Source of the DNA: Candidatus Obscuribacterales bacterium
GTDB taxonomy: Bacteria; Cyanobacteriota; Vampirovibrionia; Obscuribacterales; Obscuribacteraceae
Length of the DNA: 64,000 bases
Assembly: GCA_965228855.1 (NCBI GenBank)
Contig: CBDDIJ010000003.1
Span: 2,560,001 to 2,624,000 of the forward strand
Reading direction: 5' to 3'
A program made the position numbers and the translations under genes. Below are positions 49,751 to 59,537 of this stretch, in pieces (positions within the stretch are counted from its first letter, which is position 1; each line of letters starts with the position of its first letter). The notes under the pieces are model-generated. The model worked only from the letters and a program-made list of their open reading frames with translations, searched no databases and was not told the DNA's origin.

Positions 49751-50176
49751 ATGCGTCACCGTAAAGCACGCCACCTACTTGGAAGAGCAGCAGACCAGCG
49801 TAATGCTGTGTTGAGAGCGCTTGCCACCGAATTGCTCCGCCACGATGAAATCATCACGACATTGGCCAAAGCCAAAGCGCTTCGTCCCCATGTCGAGAAG
49901 CTGATCACGAAAGGCAAAAAAGGCTACCTCAAGGATTACAAATCACTCCATGAGAAAGCCGGCAAAGGTGATGCAGCCGCTGCCAAAGAAGTAGCGCATT
50001 CAGTGCACATCCGCCGTCAACTGCGCGCCAAACTCTACGACCGCGAAGTGGTCTCCAGAGTTGTCGACGAAGTAGCCCCGCGCTACCTCGACAGAGAAGG
50101 CGGCTACTGCCGCATCATCAAGTATCGCGACAGAACCGGCGACAACGCACCGTTGGCGATCATCCAATTGGTTTAG
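49751..50176 (+). CDS. rplQ: 50S ribosomal protein L17
   Basis: MRHRK, TTLAKAK, GGYCRI, GDNAP. Confidence 0.97.
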   Translation: MRHRKARHLLGRAADQRNAVLRALATELLRHDEIITTLAKAKALRPHVEKLITKGKKGYLKDYKSLHEKAGKGDAAAAKEVAHSVHIRRQLRAKLYDREVVSRVVDEVAPRYLDREGGYCRIIKYRDRTGDNAPLAIIQLV

Positions 50177-50258
50177 TTTATTTTTGGCCGCGCCACAGGG
50201 CATAAGCCTTTAGCGCAGCCGCGATGACTAAAGCCATTCGGGCACCAAAGAAGCATAG

Positions 50259-50285
50259 GCACCAGCCATAGTGGCTGGTGCTTTT
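50259..50285 (+). terminator. Intrinsic terminator after rplQ
   Basis: GCACCAGCCA-TAG-TGGCTGGTGC-TTTT. Confidence 0.8.
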
Positions 50286-50482
50286 CTGTGCGTAAATAGA
50301 ATCGGACGAGCGAAACTGGAAAGCTCTCGAATAACCAGGACGCGCTACCCGATCTTCGCCTTTGGCGAAACGTGAATCGCTGACAGTGGTCTCAAGTGGC
50401 GTCTTACGATTCCTTCTACTCACAGTAGATTTCCATGAAGGCTAAACCGTTTCTGATTTCTGCTTGACTTATGAACCTCTAA

Positions 50483-50597
50483 CGACCATCTCGCTAGCGT
50501 CCCAGGCACGGGAGCTGCTCACGAATCGTCCCTCGCTAGCGTCCAGACGAGGATCTGATCGCGAGCAGTCCCCGCTAGCGACCATCTCACTGGCGTC
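50483..50597. repeat. Cluster of CGCTAGCG palindromic repeats
   Basis: Copies at 50492, 50534, 50573 and a degenerate copy at 50588. Confidence 0.6.
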
Positions 50598-50954
50598 GCT
50601 CGCCTGCTTAATAACGCTGGTCTGCAAAAAGATTCGACGACTAACACGGCGAATCTCTTGACGTCCACCCGGATCAAACTTCTAAAAAGCGATACGCAGG
50701 AAAGCATTACCTTTCTTAGGTTTCCGGCATTATAAGGGAAGCTATTTCCGGAGCTTTCAGAATTTTTTTGCATCCAAATTGAACTTTTTGGATCGTTTTT
50801 ACGTATCTAGAAATAGTAGAAGCAATCGTAAGACGTCCGAAGAGAGAGTGCACTCTCTCGGGTGGACTTTGATGCCTACTGGCTTCAGACAAATCGTCGC
50901 TCCGCGGTTCCGTAGATTTTGTATCAAAGCAGATAACTCAGCTGGAGGTGAACA

Positions 50955-51557
50955 ATGACTAGGATAAGAAGCATGCAAGCATTCAAGTCAGCTAGACGCC
51001 AAACTATTCACCTTGGTCAATTCAGGAAGCAGACCGAGAGGCTGCTTGAAATGTACGAGTTGAACGATAAGGAATCTTTCCTCACGACAATTGATGGCAA
51101 GATTCGCGAGTTGAAGACCGACTTGAGTGCCTACGAGGAACTTCATTATCACATCGAAGCTACCACTGATTTTGACCTGGTCAGAGGACTTGGGAAAACG
51201 CTGCTTAATCTTCGTATCTGGCTAGGCTGGAGTCAAGCGACACTAGGCAACTACTCCGGCATCAATGTCAAATCCATACACGCATACGAACGAGACGAAT
51301 ATCGAAAGACTCGGCTTGAAAAGATCATTCAAATTATGCAGGCGCTTGAGCATGGAATACTAGAGAAGACGTCAGCTGACAACCGCTACAAACGCTCTTC
51401 TTATCAGCCAACTTTATCGTTCGAGTCGGTGGAAGATACTTACAAAAAAGCTCACCTGCCCCACGATGAAGATGCGGAGTTCCTGATTGTGGATGGTCAG
51501 TTGGTGGAGCCGCCGTATGAGCCGGATGTCACGGATGATTTTTCCACCGGGCTATAA
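50955..51557 (+). CDS. XRE/Cro-type helix-turn-helix protein
   Basis: GGAGG RBS; LRIWLGWSQATLG...SIHAYERDEY HTH pattern. Confidence 0.75.
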   Translation: MTRIRSMQAFKSARRQTIHLGQFRKQTERLLEMYELNDKESFLTTIDGKIRELKTDLSAYEELHYHIEATTDFDLVRGLGKTLLNLRIWLGWSQATLGNYSGINVKSIHAYERDEYRKTRLEKIIQIMQALEHGILEKTSADNRYKRSSYQPTLSFESVEDTYKKAHLPHDEDAEFLIVDGQLVEPPYEPDVTDDFSTGL

Positions 51558-51653
51558 TTCGGCTTGATTAGGCTCGAATGCATTTTGATGGCTGAGTTCA
51601 GGTTGGATAGCTGAGTCTAGCTTGATGGTTTGGTTCAATTTGGTTGGTGGGAA

Positions 51654-52526
51654 GTGCCGCGGATTGCGTTTTCACTTGAGTATCATGGCAAGCGATTTCA
51701 TGGGTCGCAGCTTCAGCTTGGCGTGCGGACGGTTCAAGGTGAACTTGAGAGTGCTTTTGAAGTCCTGGCCAAACAACCTCTTCGCGTTACGCTGAGTGGA
51801 CGCACGGATGCGGGAGTTCATGCGGCTGGACAATGCTTCCACGTGGACTGGCCGGAAGGCGTGATACCTGCAGGAGCGGCAACCGCGGCAGCCATTGCTA
51901 GCGGTTTAGAACATGGAGAGGCTGCTGAAGATCTTGATTTGTGGCGGTTGATGCGGTCGCTGAACGGGATTATGAAAAGTGATATCGCCGTTTCCGCGGC
52001 CCAGATTGTGCCGGAAAGCTTTCATGCACGGTTCTCCGCGAATCGCCGAGAGTATGTGTATCGAATTTTGAACCGCCAGCAAAGATCTGCTCTGTTAAAA
52101 GATACTCACTACCAGGTGACGTATGCGTTAGACGTGAAAGCCATGCAGGATGGGGCTTCACGGCTTTTGGGTCAGCATGATTTTGCAGCCTTCAGGTCCA
52201 CAAATGCGGAACAAGTAAGCACCATTTGCACCATTTCGCGTTCCGAAATATTGCAATTAGATGACGGGCGCCTCGAAATCTGGATTGCTGCCGATCGATT
52301 CGTGTACAATATGGTGCGCATAATTGCCGGAACCCTGACTGAGATTGGGCTCGGCAAGAGGACGCTGGAGAGTCTCGAGACTGCTCTTGAAAAGGGCGAT
52401 CGTGATCTGTCCGGACCAACCGCGCCTCCCTGGGGACTGACCTTTCAGTCAGTTCGTTACCCCAAGGAATACAATCTATTTGAACTAAATTCCTTCCATG
52501 AGAAGGCTCAAGGAGTTCTCCCGTGA
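51654..52526 (+). CDS. truA: tRNA pseudouridine(38-40) synthase
   Basis: [28 protein letters not shown]. Confidence 0.96.
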   Translation: MPRIAFSLEYHGKRFHGSQLQLGVRTVQGELESAFEVLAKQPLRVTLSGRTDAGVHAAGQCFHVDWPEGVIPAGAATAAAIASGLEHGEAAEDLDLWRLMRSLNGIMKSDIAVSAAQIVPESFHARFSANRREYVYRILNRQQRSALLKDTHYQVTYALDVKAMQDGASRLLGQHDFAAFRSTNAEQVSTICTISRSEILQLDDGRLEIWIAADRFVYNMVRIIAGTLTEIGLGKRTLESLETALEKGDRDLSGPTAPPWGLTFQSVRYPKEYNLFELNSFHEKAQGVLP

Positions 52527-52966
52527 AGAGTTACAGCGCTAAACCCGCAGAAATAGTCAGAGCCTGGCACCTTATCGATGCCGAAGGCCAAACGCTTGGA
52601 CGCCTAGCCGTCGAAGTTACCAACATATTGCGCGGTAAAAACAAACCAGAATTTACTCCGCACGTCGATTGCGGAGACTTCGTCGTCATCATCAATGCCG
52701 AGAAGATCAAAGTCACAGGACGCAAGGAGATCCAGAAGGTCTACTACAGACACTCCGGTCACCCCCAAGGTTTCAAACAAGAGACGCTTGCATCCCTACG
52801 TCAACGCAAACCGGAAGCAATCATCGAGCGCGCCGTCAAAGGCATGCTTCCTCACACGACTCTCGGTCGCGAGCAGTTCACCAAGCTCAAAGTTTATGCT
52901 GGTGCAGAGCATCCGCATGAAGCTCAGAAACCGCAAGTCTACGCATCACCAGTCATTAATCGTTAA
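52523..52966 (+). CDS. rplM: 50S ribosomal protein L13
   Basis: [19 protein letters not shown]. Confidence 0.98.
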   Translation: MKSYSAKPAEIVRAWHLIDAEGQTLGRLAVEVTNILRGKNKPEFTPHVDCGDFVVIINAEKIKVTGRKEIQKVYYRHSGHPQGFKQETLASLRQRKPEAIIERAVKGMLPHTTLGREQFTKLKVYAGAEHPHEAQKPQVYASPVINR

Positions 52967-52998
52967 TCGCTCACTCGGAGAAAAAGGAAGTTAATAGA

Positions 52999-53397
52999 AT
53001 GACAAGCGTTATTCAATACTATGGAACCGGCCGCAGAAAGTCTGCCACAGCTCGGGTTCGCCTGGTTCCTGGAACCGGCACCGTTAAAATCAACGGCAGA
53101 ACGATGGAAGACTACGTCGGTGGTCGCCATGGTCTTGAGAAACTGATCATGCAACCCTTCAAATCTGCCGATGCGGTTGGACGTTTCGATGTACTCGTCA
53201 CCGTATGTGGTGGCGGCATCGTCGGGCAACTGGGCGCCATCAGACATGGTATCGCTCGTGCGCTGGGCGAAGCGGCCCCGCAAAACCGTCCTGCGTTGAG
53301 AACCGAGGGCTTCCTTACCCGCGACCCGCGCGTCAAAGAGCGTAAAAAATATGGTCGCAAGAAAGCCAGAAAACGTTTCCAATTCTCGAAACGTTAA
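52999..53397 (+). CDS. rpsI: 30S ribosomal protein S9
   Basis: [19 protein letters not shown]. Confidence 0.98.
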   Translation: MTSVIQYYGTGRRKSATARVRLVPGTGTVKINGRTMEDYVGGRHGLEKLIMQPFKSADAVGRFDVLVTVCGGGIVGQLGAIRHGIARALGEAAPQNRPALRTEGFLTRDPRVKERKKYGRKKARKRFQFSKR

Positions 53398-53468
53398 TTC
53401 GAGGTCGCAATTGCAAGCCGGTTTCGAGCAATTCGAAATCATGGGCTTGCCGATGGCAAATACATTCG

Positions 53469-53495
53469 GAGGGCGCACTGGTTGCGTCCTCTTTT
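53469..53495 (+). terminator. Intrinsic terminator after rpsI
   Basis: GAGGGCGCA / TGCGTCCTC followed by TTTT. Confidence 0.65.
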
Positions 53496-53630
53496 GCATA
53501 CGCTCCGTTTGCCTGCGTTTGCTTTTAGAAGCGCCGAAAGGAGTAAGATATGCTTTGGAGCGACAAATAAATAGGTGACGACATCGATGGAGCGCCGAAG
53601 AGACTGATGCAGAGCCGAGAGAACAAAACC

Positions 53631-54776
53631 ATGAAACGCGTGTTTGTTTTGATAATGGCGTTTTTAATGGTCGGGACAGCGACGATCGTGGCGCAACCAG
53701 AAGCAGGCGCACGCAATCAGAATCGACTGGACAGACCTCGTGGTCGAGACAAAGGCGACGACGGCGGGTCGGAAGCTGAGAATTTCAGTAGCGATCCGAA
53801 TCGCCCTAACCAATTCGAGCAGTACAACAAGGGGCAGGGCAATCCCAATAGCGACTTCAACATCGGCATCCGGAAAGACGTTATCGATGATGGAGCGACC
53901 GGACTTCAAGGCGGCGTCGGACAACAGGGAACCGCGCCATTGAGCGGTGGCGCCGGTCAACAAGGTCTGAACGGCGGCGTCGGTCAGACAAAACTGAACG
54001 TCAACGTCGGCGATTTTCAAATGCAGACGCCCTCTTATGAAAAACGAAAGCCGCTGAATGCCAGCACCACAACATTCGCCCCTCTTGTCGGCGGAATTAC
54101 TCAAACCGACGTTCAGCGCCTCGAGCAACGCGATGTCGTCTTGATCATCGACCGCTCATTCTCCATGGGAAAAATGGACTGCCCGCCGGCGACCGCTATG
54201 GGACGCGCTGCTGGCGCTCTCGGTTTCGGTCAAAGCAGATGGGACTGGTGCCGAGATCAGACGCGTGGTCTGGCAAACGTAACCAGCTCGTTTAACCGCG
54301 GCGTAAAAATTATGATGTTCTCGCGCGGCTTCGAAGTATTCCCCGATGTGAATATGAACCAGGTGCCAAGCCTCTTTCAACGCTATCAACCAAATCCACT
54401 GCAAGGAACGGATATGGTCGATCCGCTGCGCGCCGTAATCGGAGATTATTTGAAACGCCGCAGCAAAGGTCAAAATCCCAGACCGCTCGCCATAGCAGTC
54501 ATCTTTGATGGGCTGACCAGAAAAGGAACTCTGCCTATACTCAGCAACGCTCTGGTCGATGCCACCAAATACATGCGCGACCCCGATGAAATCAAAATCA
54601 CAATCTTCATCGTTGGAAACCGCGGTCCCAGAGCCCTGGAGCCGACGTTTGAAATGGCGCGTCAACTAAGAAGAAACGGCGCTCGATACAATATTTTGAA
54701 AGTCGTCCCCTTCGATCAGGTCCAGCGAGTCGGTCTGGCAAAATCCCTGGCTGATACTCTCAGACCCGATCAGTAG
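53631..54776 (+). CDS. Secreted vWA-domain protein
   Basis: Signal peptide; VVLIIDRSFSM (DxSxS MIDAS), GTDM, VIFDG. Confidence 0.8.
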   Translation: MKRVFVLIMAFLMVGTATIVAQPEAGARNQNRLDRPRGRDKGDDGGSEAENFSSDPNRPNQFEQYNKGQGNPNSDFNIGIRKDVIDDGATGLQGGVGQQGTAPLSGGAGQQGLNGGVGQTKLNVNVGDFQMQTPSYEKRKPLNASTTTFAPLVGGITQTDVQRLEQRDVVLIIDRSFSMGKMDCPPATAMGRAAGALGFGQSRWDWCRDQTRGLANVTSSFNRGVKIMMFSRGFEVFPDVNMNQVPSLFQRYQPNPLQGTDMVDPLRAVIGDYLKRRSKGQNPRPLAIAVIFDGLTRKGTLPILSNALVDATKYMRDPDEIKITIFIVGNRGPRALEPTFEMARQLRRNGARYNILKVVPFDQVQRVGLAKSLADTLRPDQ

Positions 54777-54826
54777 AAACGGCAACACCAGCTTGTTTTT
54801 CCTGCGATACGGCGAGGTTTCGTTCG

Positions 54827-55099
54827 CTACTCAGAAGCAGAATCTTCGCCCTTGGTGATGATACCCTTGGCGCGATAGGGGTTTTGAAACTTTACCAGAG
54901 CAATGATGGACGTCGTCGCTAGAATGCCGGTGAGCGTGATGAAGCCCCAGCCGGCCGGCTCGTTGTTGTACAAACAGAAGACCCCTGCAGAAAATACCAC
55001 ACAGGACAAGAATAGAGAAAGCGGGATGAATAGCGCTTTTATCGACTGAAAGAGTTCGGCGCGCTCGGCCCGTTCTGCTTCGCTCAATTCTTTTTTCAT
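54827..55099 (-). CDS. Small 2-TM protein
   Basis: Two hydrophobic helices, GAGGA upstream. Confidence 0.7.
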   Translation of the reverse strand: MKKELSEAERAERAELFQSIKALFIPLSLFLSCVVFSAGVFCLYNNEPAGWGFITLTGILATTSIIALVKFQNPYRAKGIITKGEDSASE

Positions 55100-55300
55100 A
55101 GTGCTTCTATCTCATCCTCTTACCGAAAAGCGCTCGCGGTGCGGAGCCTTGGCTCGACGTATGCATCACATATACTTTCGGCTATTCATATTAGCATCGC
55201 ACATCTAGAAATATAGCTGGTTCTCACGATTTCTGAGTTTTCTTGACTTAATGATAAACTTGCATCATCCTCGTTTTTACTGGAAAGAAGCGGATATCGG

Positions 55301-57037
55301 TTGGACATACAAGAAGTAAGAGGCTCGCAAACTGAGATCGCTTGTAGCACTTCCGAGCAGGCAGCGACCTGCCCCGGGTGCGCTTCCGTAGTCGTTCCTG
55401 GCGATCGCTTCTGTCAGGAATGCGGCACCAGAATTGGTACCACTCGGTCCAAGCGCCAAGGTCGGGAATCGAATGAGAGCCGCGCGGAAAGGACCAGAGC
55501 ATCGATAATTTGCATCAATTGCGGAACGACAAATGAACCATCGTCAAACGAATGCGGCGATTGCAAAATTCCGCTAATTCAGCAGAAGGAACGACGCGAA
55601 GACTCGCGGGTTGAACGCATGGGTCTGCGAGGTTCGCTTACGGCAAGATCGACTAAGAGAAAACGTCCAGACCTGGCAAGCGCAAGCGAGAATGCATCGA
55701 GCAATAAGGCGACGCGAAACGATATCCTCTCGAGTTCAATCGTTCCAAACGCCGTTTCAAACGCCACCATTCCGAACGCTCCCGTTCCAAACATTCCCGT
55801 ATCAAGCAGCACCGTTTTAGACGGCACCGTTTCAATCGCGCCCGAGAACTCAGTGCCGCAGACAACGAATACAGTTGACATCAAAACAGAGGAGACGAGG
55901 AACAGCCGCAAACAGCGGCTGCCGCGGTTTACACGAGGAGCTGATGCATTTTGGTTCGCCGGAGAGAAATCGAACGATCAAGCTGCACTCGACTTCCTCT
56001 ACCCGACTGACGAACTGAGCGCCCAAAAGCTACAGGCAGAACCTTTCGACCAGATCATAGACGAAAGCCGCAAACCCAGCTTGTTTTCGCTGAGCGCAGC
56101 ACTGTTTAACATCGAAAGTCTCGTCGAAAGAATTCCACTTCCGCTCGTGTTTCTCGGTGTGAGTCTCGTCATCATTCTTGCCACCGCCAATGCCACCACG
56201 CAGTGGAATCGCCACGAGCAAAGATTGGCGGCTATAGATAAGATCGCAACAAACGCGGAAAACGATATGCTGACATATCGACTCGATGATGCCATCAACA
56301 CACTGCAAGAACTAGAGAAAACTGAAAACGGCGACCTCCCCCCACGCGCACGAGCGATTCTCAACCAGAGCCTCTGGCTTCGCTCCTACGCGCGCGCGAA
56401 AAAACAGCAATATGCCAAGGCAATAGCCGACCTGTCCGCCGTCACTTCGACATTCATTTCATACGATGACGTAAAAGAGAAATCAGCCGAATACAAAAAG
56501 CTTCTCTCAGCTCATCCTGAGTTTGCCGACCTCAGCCAAACGAAAAGAGACGAGCCGGCAATTCCAGGAGTTTCAGAACAACACCGCGCGAAGAGGAAAA
56601 CTATCGCATCGTCGACTGAACAGAGCATGCCTGGCACGCCAAAACGCTCTAAAACAGACTCGGCCGACGAAGCGGTTTTGACGCAAGCGTCAGAACGAGC
56701 CCTCAGGCGAGTGGCTGCCGAGCGCGCAGAGCGAGTCCATGGCCCTCACACATCAGCTGACGATCAGTCTTCGGAAAAGCCGAGACCTCCCGTGGACAAA
56801 CAGAAACAGTCAAAATCGGTTTCGAATAAACCGGATTCAATCAAAGCAGATTCAACATCCGCCAAGAAAAAGAAAAGCGGCAAAACCGATGCGGCACTCC
56901 TGGACGCGGATATGAAGCGTTACAGCGGCTTACTGGTCGAATACTTCTCCAGAGCCGAATCCAGCCGCGGCAGCGGACAAATTACGGAGCCGCCATCCTA
57001 CGAAGAGTGGTCGGAGGGTGGCAAGCGTGATTTCTAG
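55301..57037 (+). CDS. Double Zn-ribbon, single-TM protein with helical (TPR-like) C-domain
   Basis: CPGC/CQEC and CINC/CGDC pairs, TM LPLVFLGVSLVIILA; start uncertain. Confidence 0.75.
   Translation: MDIQEVRGSQTEIACSTSEQAATCPGCASVVVPGDRFCQECGTRIGTTRSKRQGRESNESRAERTRASIICINCGTTNEPSSNECGDCKIPLIQQKERREDSRVERMGLRGSLTARSTKRKRPDLASASENASSNKATRNDILSSSIVPNAVSNATIPNAPVPNIPVSSSTVLDGTVSIAPENSVPQTTNTVDIKTEETRNSRKQRLPRFTRGADAFWFAGEKSNDQAALDFLYPTDELSAQKLQAEPFDQIIDESRKPSLFSLSAALFNIESLVERIPLPLVFLGVSLVIILATANATTQWNRHEQRLAAIDKIATNAENDMLTYRLDDAINTLQELEKTENGDLPPRARAILNQSLWLRSYARAKKQQYAKAIADLSAVTSTFISYDDVKEKSAEYKKLLSAHPEFADLSQTKRDEPAIPGVSEQHRAKRKTIASSTEQSMPGTPKRSKTDSADEAVLTQASERALRRVAAERAERVHGPHTSADDQSSEKPRPPVDKQKQSKSVSNKPDSIKADSTSAKKKKSGKTDAALLDADMKRYSGLLVEYFSRAESSRGSGQITEPPSYEEWSEGGKRDF
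55751..55840. repeat. Degenerate 15-bp tandem repeat (6 units) inside CDS
   Basis: Units begin NCCGTT(T/C)CAA with variation. Confidence 0.6.
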
Positions 57038-57098
57038 ACTTCTTCACTGCGTCCTCACTCTAATTTTGCCATAATCAAATTTGCAAAGGCTCGCGTGC

Positions 57099-59510
57099 AT
57101 GTCAACAGAGAAGCGAATCGATAAGTATTACAAGAGAAAGAACGCCGAGCGTCGTGCGGCGGAGGAAGAAGCTGCCGAGCCACAGGTATCGACGCTTTCC
57201 ATGCCTGAAGTGGACTGGAAGCGCAGCGGCAAAATCGCAGCAGTCATTGCGGTTGTTTGCTTCATTTGCTATCTGTGGACACTCTGGGGTGGATACGTTT
57301 ACTGCGATTCGTTCAACATCACGCCCTTCCGTACGGTAACCCGTGAGTGGGGGCAATCCCTGCTTTATATGATCGCCGACGCTTTCGTCGAGCCACTTTC
57401 GCAACCCCTTGTGCGCGCTACGTACGCGACCGATATCGCTTTCGGGACATACAGTTCGCAGGCGGTTTTCCACGGTGACAGCATGTGCTTGCACATCGCT
57501 AACTGCGTCGTGCTCTTCATTTTTGCCTTCACGCTCGCTTCTTTGAACAATCAAAAGAAGAAACGGCTTGAAGTCGATCCCTATGCGGTAGGCGCCGGAA
57601 CTGCGCTACTTTTCGCCTGCCACCCGCTTGCAAGTGAAGCGGTTGCATACATTTCGGCTCGCTCAGCGCTTCTTGTAACTCTCAATTATCTGCTTGCTCT
57701 ACTATGCTTCCTGCGCGGCTTTCACGCAAAGGTCATCAAAGACAGCTTGATCGGATACGGTTTTTGCTACCTGTTTATGCTGTTCGCCATCTGGTCCGGC
57801 TCTCAAGGACTTACCGCGGCGACAGCAATGATCGCTCTGGCACTTTTGGTTAAACCAAAGGATGAAACCGTTGGTCGCTGGGTAGGAACACGCCCACTAG
57901 AACTTTTCTCAATCGCTCTGGTGGCTCTGGTAGTACCATTTGTCTTACTTCTAAAATACAAAGCGCCGGTCGGTAACGGTTTCGGTCTTGAAACCCTCCC
58001 AGCCGTTCCTTACATCGCAACACAATGCAAGATGCTGCTCGTTTACTACCTGAGGGTTTTGGTCCTGCCCTTCGGCTTGAGTCTTGATCCGCCTTTTGGC
58101 ACCGCATCAGGTTTTTCCGATCCACTGGCCATTGCCGGAGCCTTGATACCGTTTGGAATACTTGCTCTGGCCTGGAAATATCGAGCATCACTATTGGTAT
58201 CATTTCCTCTTGTGCTTTTCGTCCTCGGTCTATTGCCGGACTTCCTGATCCCACAGCCGGAGCTGATGTCAGACAGGCGAATGTATCTTTCGCTTGCGGC
58301 GGTATCGATACCGGTCGGTTACCTTATCGCTCGCTGCGCAGAGAAGCGCCTGGTCGCGACAATGGTGGTCGGCGGCTTAGTTATCGCAACGTTCGCCGGA
58401 CTGACCAACTGGCGCAACTTCGCCTGGCAGAAAGACAGCCGCCTCTGGGAAGACGCCTATAATATGAACAAAAACAGCGAACGCAGCCGCGTGATGCGCG
58501 TCTGGGGGCTGTCCCGCGGTCAGATAGATAAGGCCCGTGAACTGGCGGAACAGGAAGTAAAAACGTTTCCAAACTCGGCGATACTATATCTGGTGCTCGG
58601 AAAAGGCAGCATCGCCGGAAAGAAGTTTGCCGAGGCGAAGAAAAATTACGAGAAGGCTCTGGCACTCGCCGACAAGCAGAACCTTTCACCCGAGATCGTC
58701 TGGGATATGCAATATGGCATGGCCTATGCGTCTCTCCAGACAGAAGACATGGAAAACGCGAAAAAATACGCGGACCTGGCCATGGAATCACAGCCCAACA
58801 ACGCTGTCCTCCGGATTATTCGGGGCGAATATTTCTTGGCCGAGAATCAGCCCCAGGCAGCCATTGTCGAACTCAACAAAGCCCACTCGCTTGACCGATA
58901 CAACCCTGAAGTTCTACCTCCGCTCGCACGGGCAGCGCTTGGATGCGGCACCAAAGAATATCAAGATCTGGGCTACCAGGCCGCCATACTTGCCGGGAAG
59001 ATACACAACGATAGCCGCCTCGAACTGTTGAAAGCATATGGCGCTCTGGAAACAGGTCGCGTTTACGAAGCGATGATGTACATGGATAAGTACAAGCTCG
59101 AAAACCCGATGACACCGGAGTATTACTACATTCTTTACGGCATTCTCAAACGACTTGGCGCGGAGAAGGAGTCCATAAAAGCGTTAAAAGTCGCTACCAC
59201 AGCAGATCCGGACATCACCAAGAAAATTCGTCTGTATTTAAACCGACCGATTATTCTTCCGGAAGGCGCACCGAAAGTGAAGTTGCCGAACATGGAAGGT
59301 CTGCCGACTCCATTCATCGATGCTCAAAAAGGTCCGCGGCAACGCAGCGCGCCGCCGATCGCGGACGGACAGAAGAAGCCGGGCGCAGATATCCCATCCA
59401 ACACCATACCTCTGCCTCTAAAGGCGCCCAAAGGCGAATTCCTGCCGACTCAGCCGGCCCCCGCAACGCAGCAGCAGAGCCAGCCGAACAAGCCTCCCGC
59501 AAAGCCGTAA
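57099..59510 (+). CDS. TMTC-like (GT-C + TPR) membrane protein
   Basis: HPLASEAVAYISARS, LVLPFGLSLD, SDRRMYL, WQKDSRLW, followed by TPR-like repeats. Confidence 0.8.
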   Translation: MSTEKRIDKYYKRKNAERRAAEEEAAEPQVSTLSMPEVDWKRSGKIAAVIAVVCFICYLWTLWGGYVYCDSFNITPFRTVTREWGQSLLYMIADAFVEPLSQPLVRATYATDIAFGTYSSQAVFHGDSMCLHIANCVVLFIFAFTLASLNNQKKKRLEVDPYAVGAGTALLFACHPLASEAVAYISARSALLVTLNYLLALLCFLRGFHAKVIKDSLIGYGFCYLFMLFAIWSGSQGLTAATAMIALALLVKPKDETVGRWVGTRPLELFSIALVALVVPFVLLLKYKAPVGNGFGLETLPAVPYIATQCKMLLVYYLRVLVLPFGLSLDPPFGTASGFSDPLAIAGALIPFGILALAWKYRASLLVSFPLVLFVLGLLPDFLIPQPELMSDRRMYLSLAAVSIPVGYLIARCAEKRLVATMVVGGLVIATFAGLTNWRNFAWQKDSRLWEDAYNMNKNSERSRVMRVWGLSRGQIDKARELAEQEVKTFPNSAILYLVLGKGSIAGKKFAEAKKNYEKALALADKQNLSPEIVWDMQYGMAYASLQTEDMENAKKYADLAMESQPNNAVLRIIRGEYFLAENQPQAAIVELNKAHSLDRYNPEVLPPLARAALGCGTKEYQDLGYQAAILAGKIHNDSRLELLKAYGALETGRVYEAMMYMDKYKLENPMTPEYYYILYGILKRLGAEKESIKALKVATTADPDITKKIRLYLNRPIILPEGAPKVKLPNMEGLPTPFIDAQKGPRQRSAPPIADGQKKPGADIPSNTIPLPLKAPKGEFLPTQPAPATQQQSQPNKPPAKP

Positions 59511-59537
59511 AACCGCTTCGAACTCGATTAGGAACCG

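Noticed and set aside
50483..50597. Possible mini-CRISPR array
   Set aside because: Repeat core is only 8-13 bp, spacing is irregular, and there are no cas genes.
50464..50773. Small ORFs in the rplQ-XRE spacer as a possible toxin
   Set aside because: No RBS and no toxin-like motif; the peptide repeats just mirror the DNA repeats.
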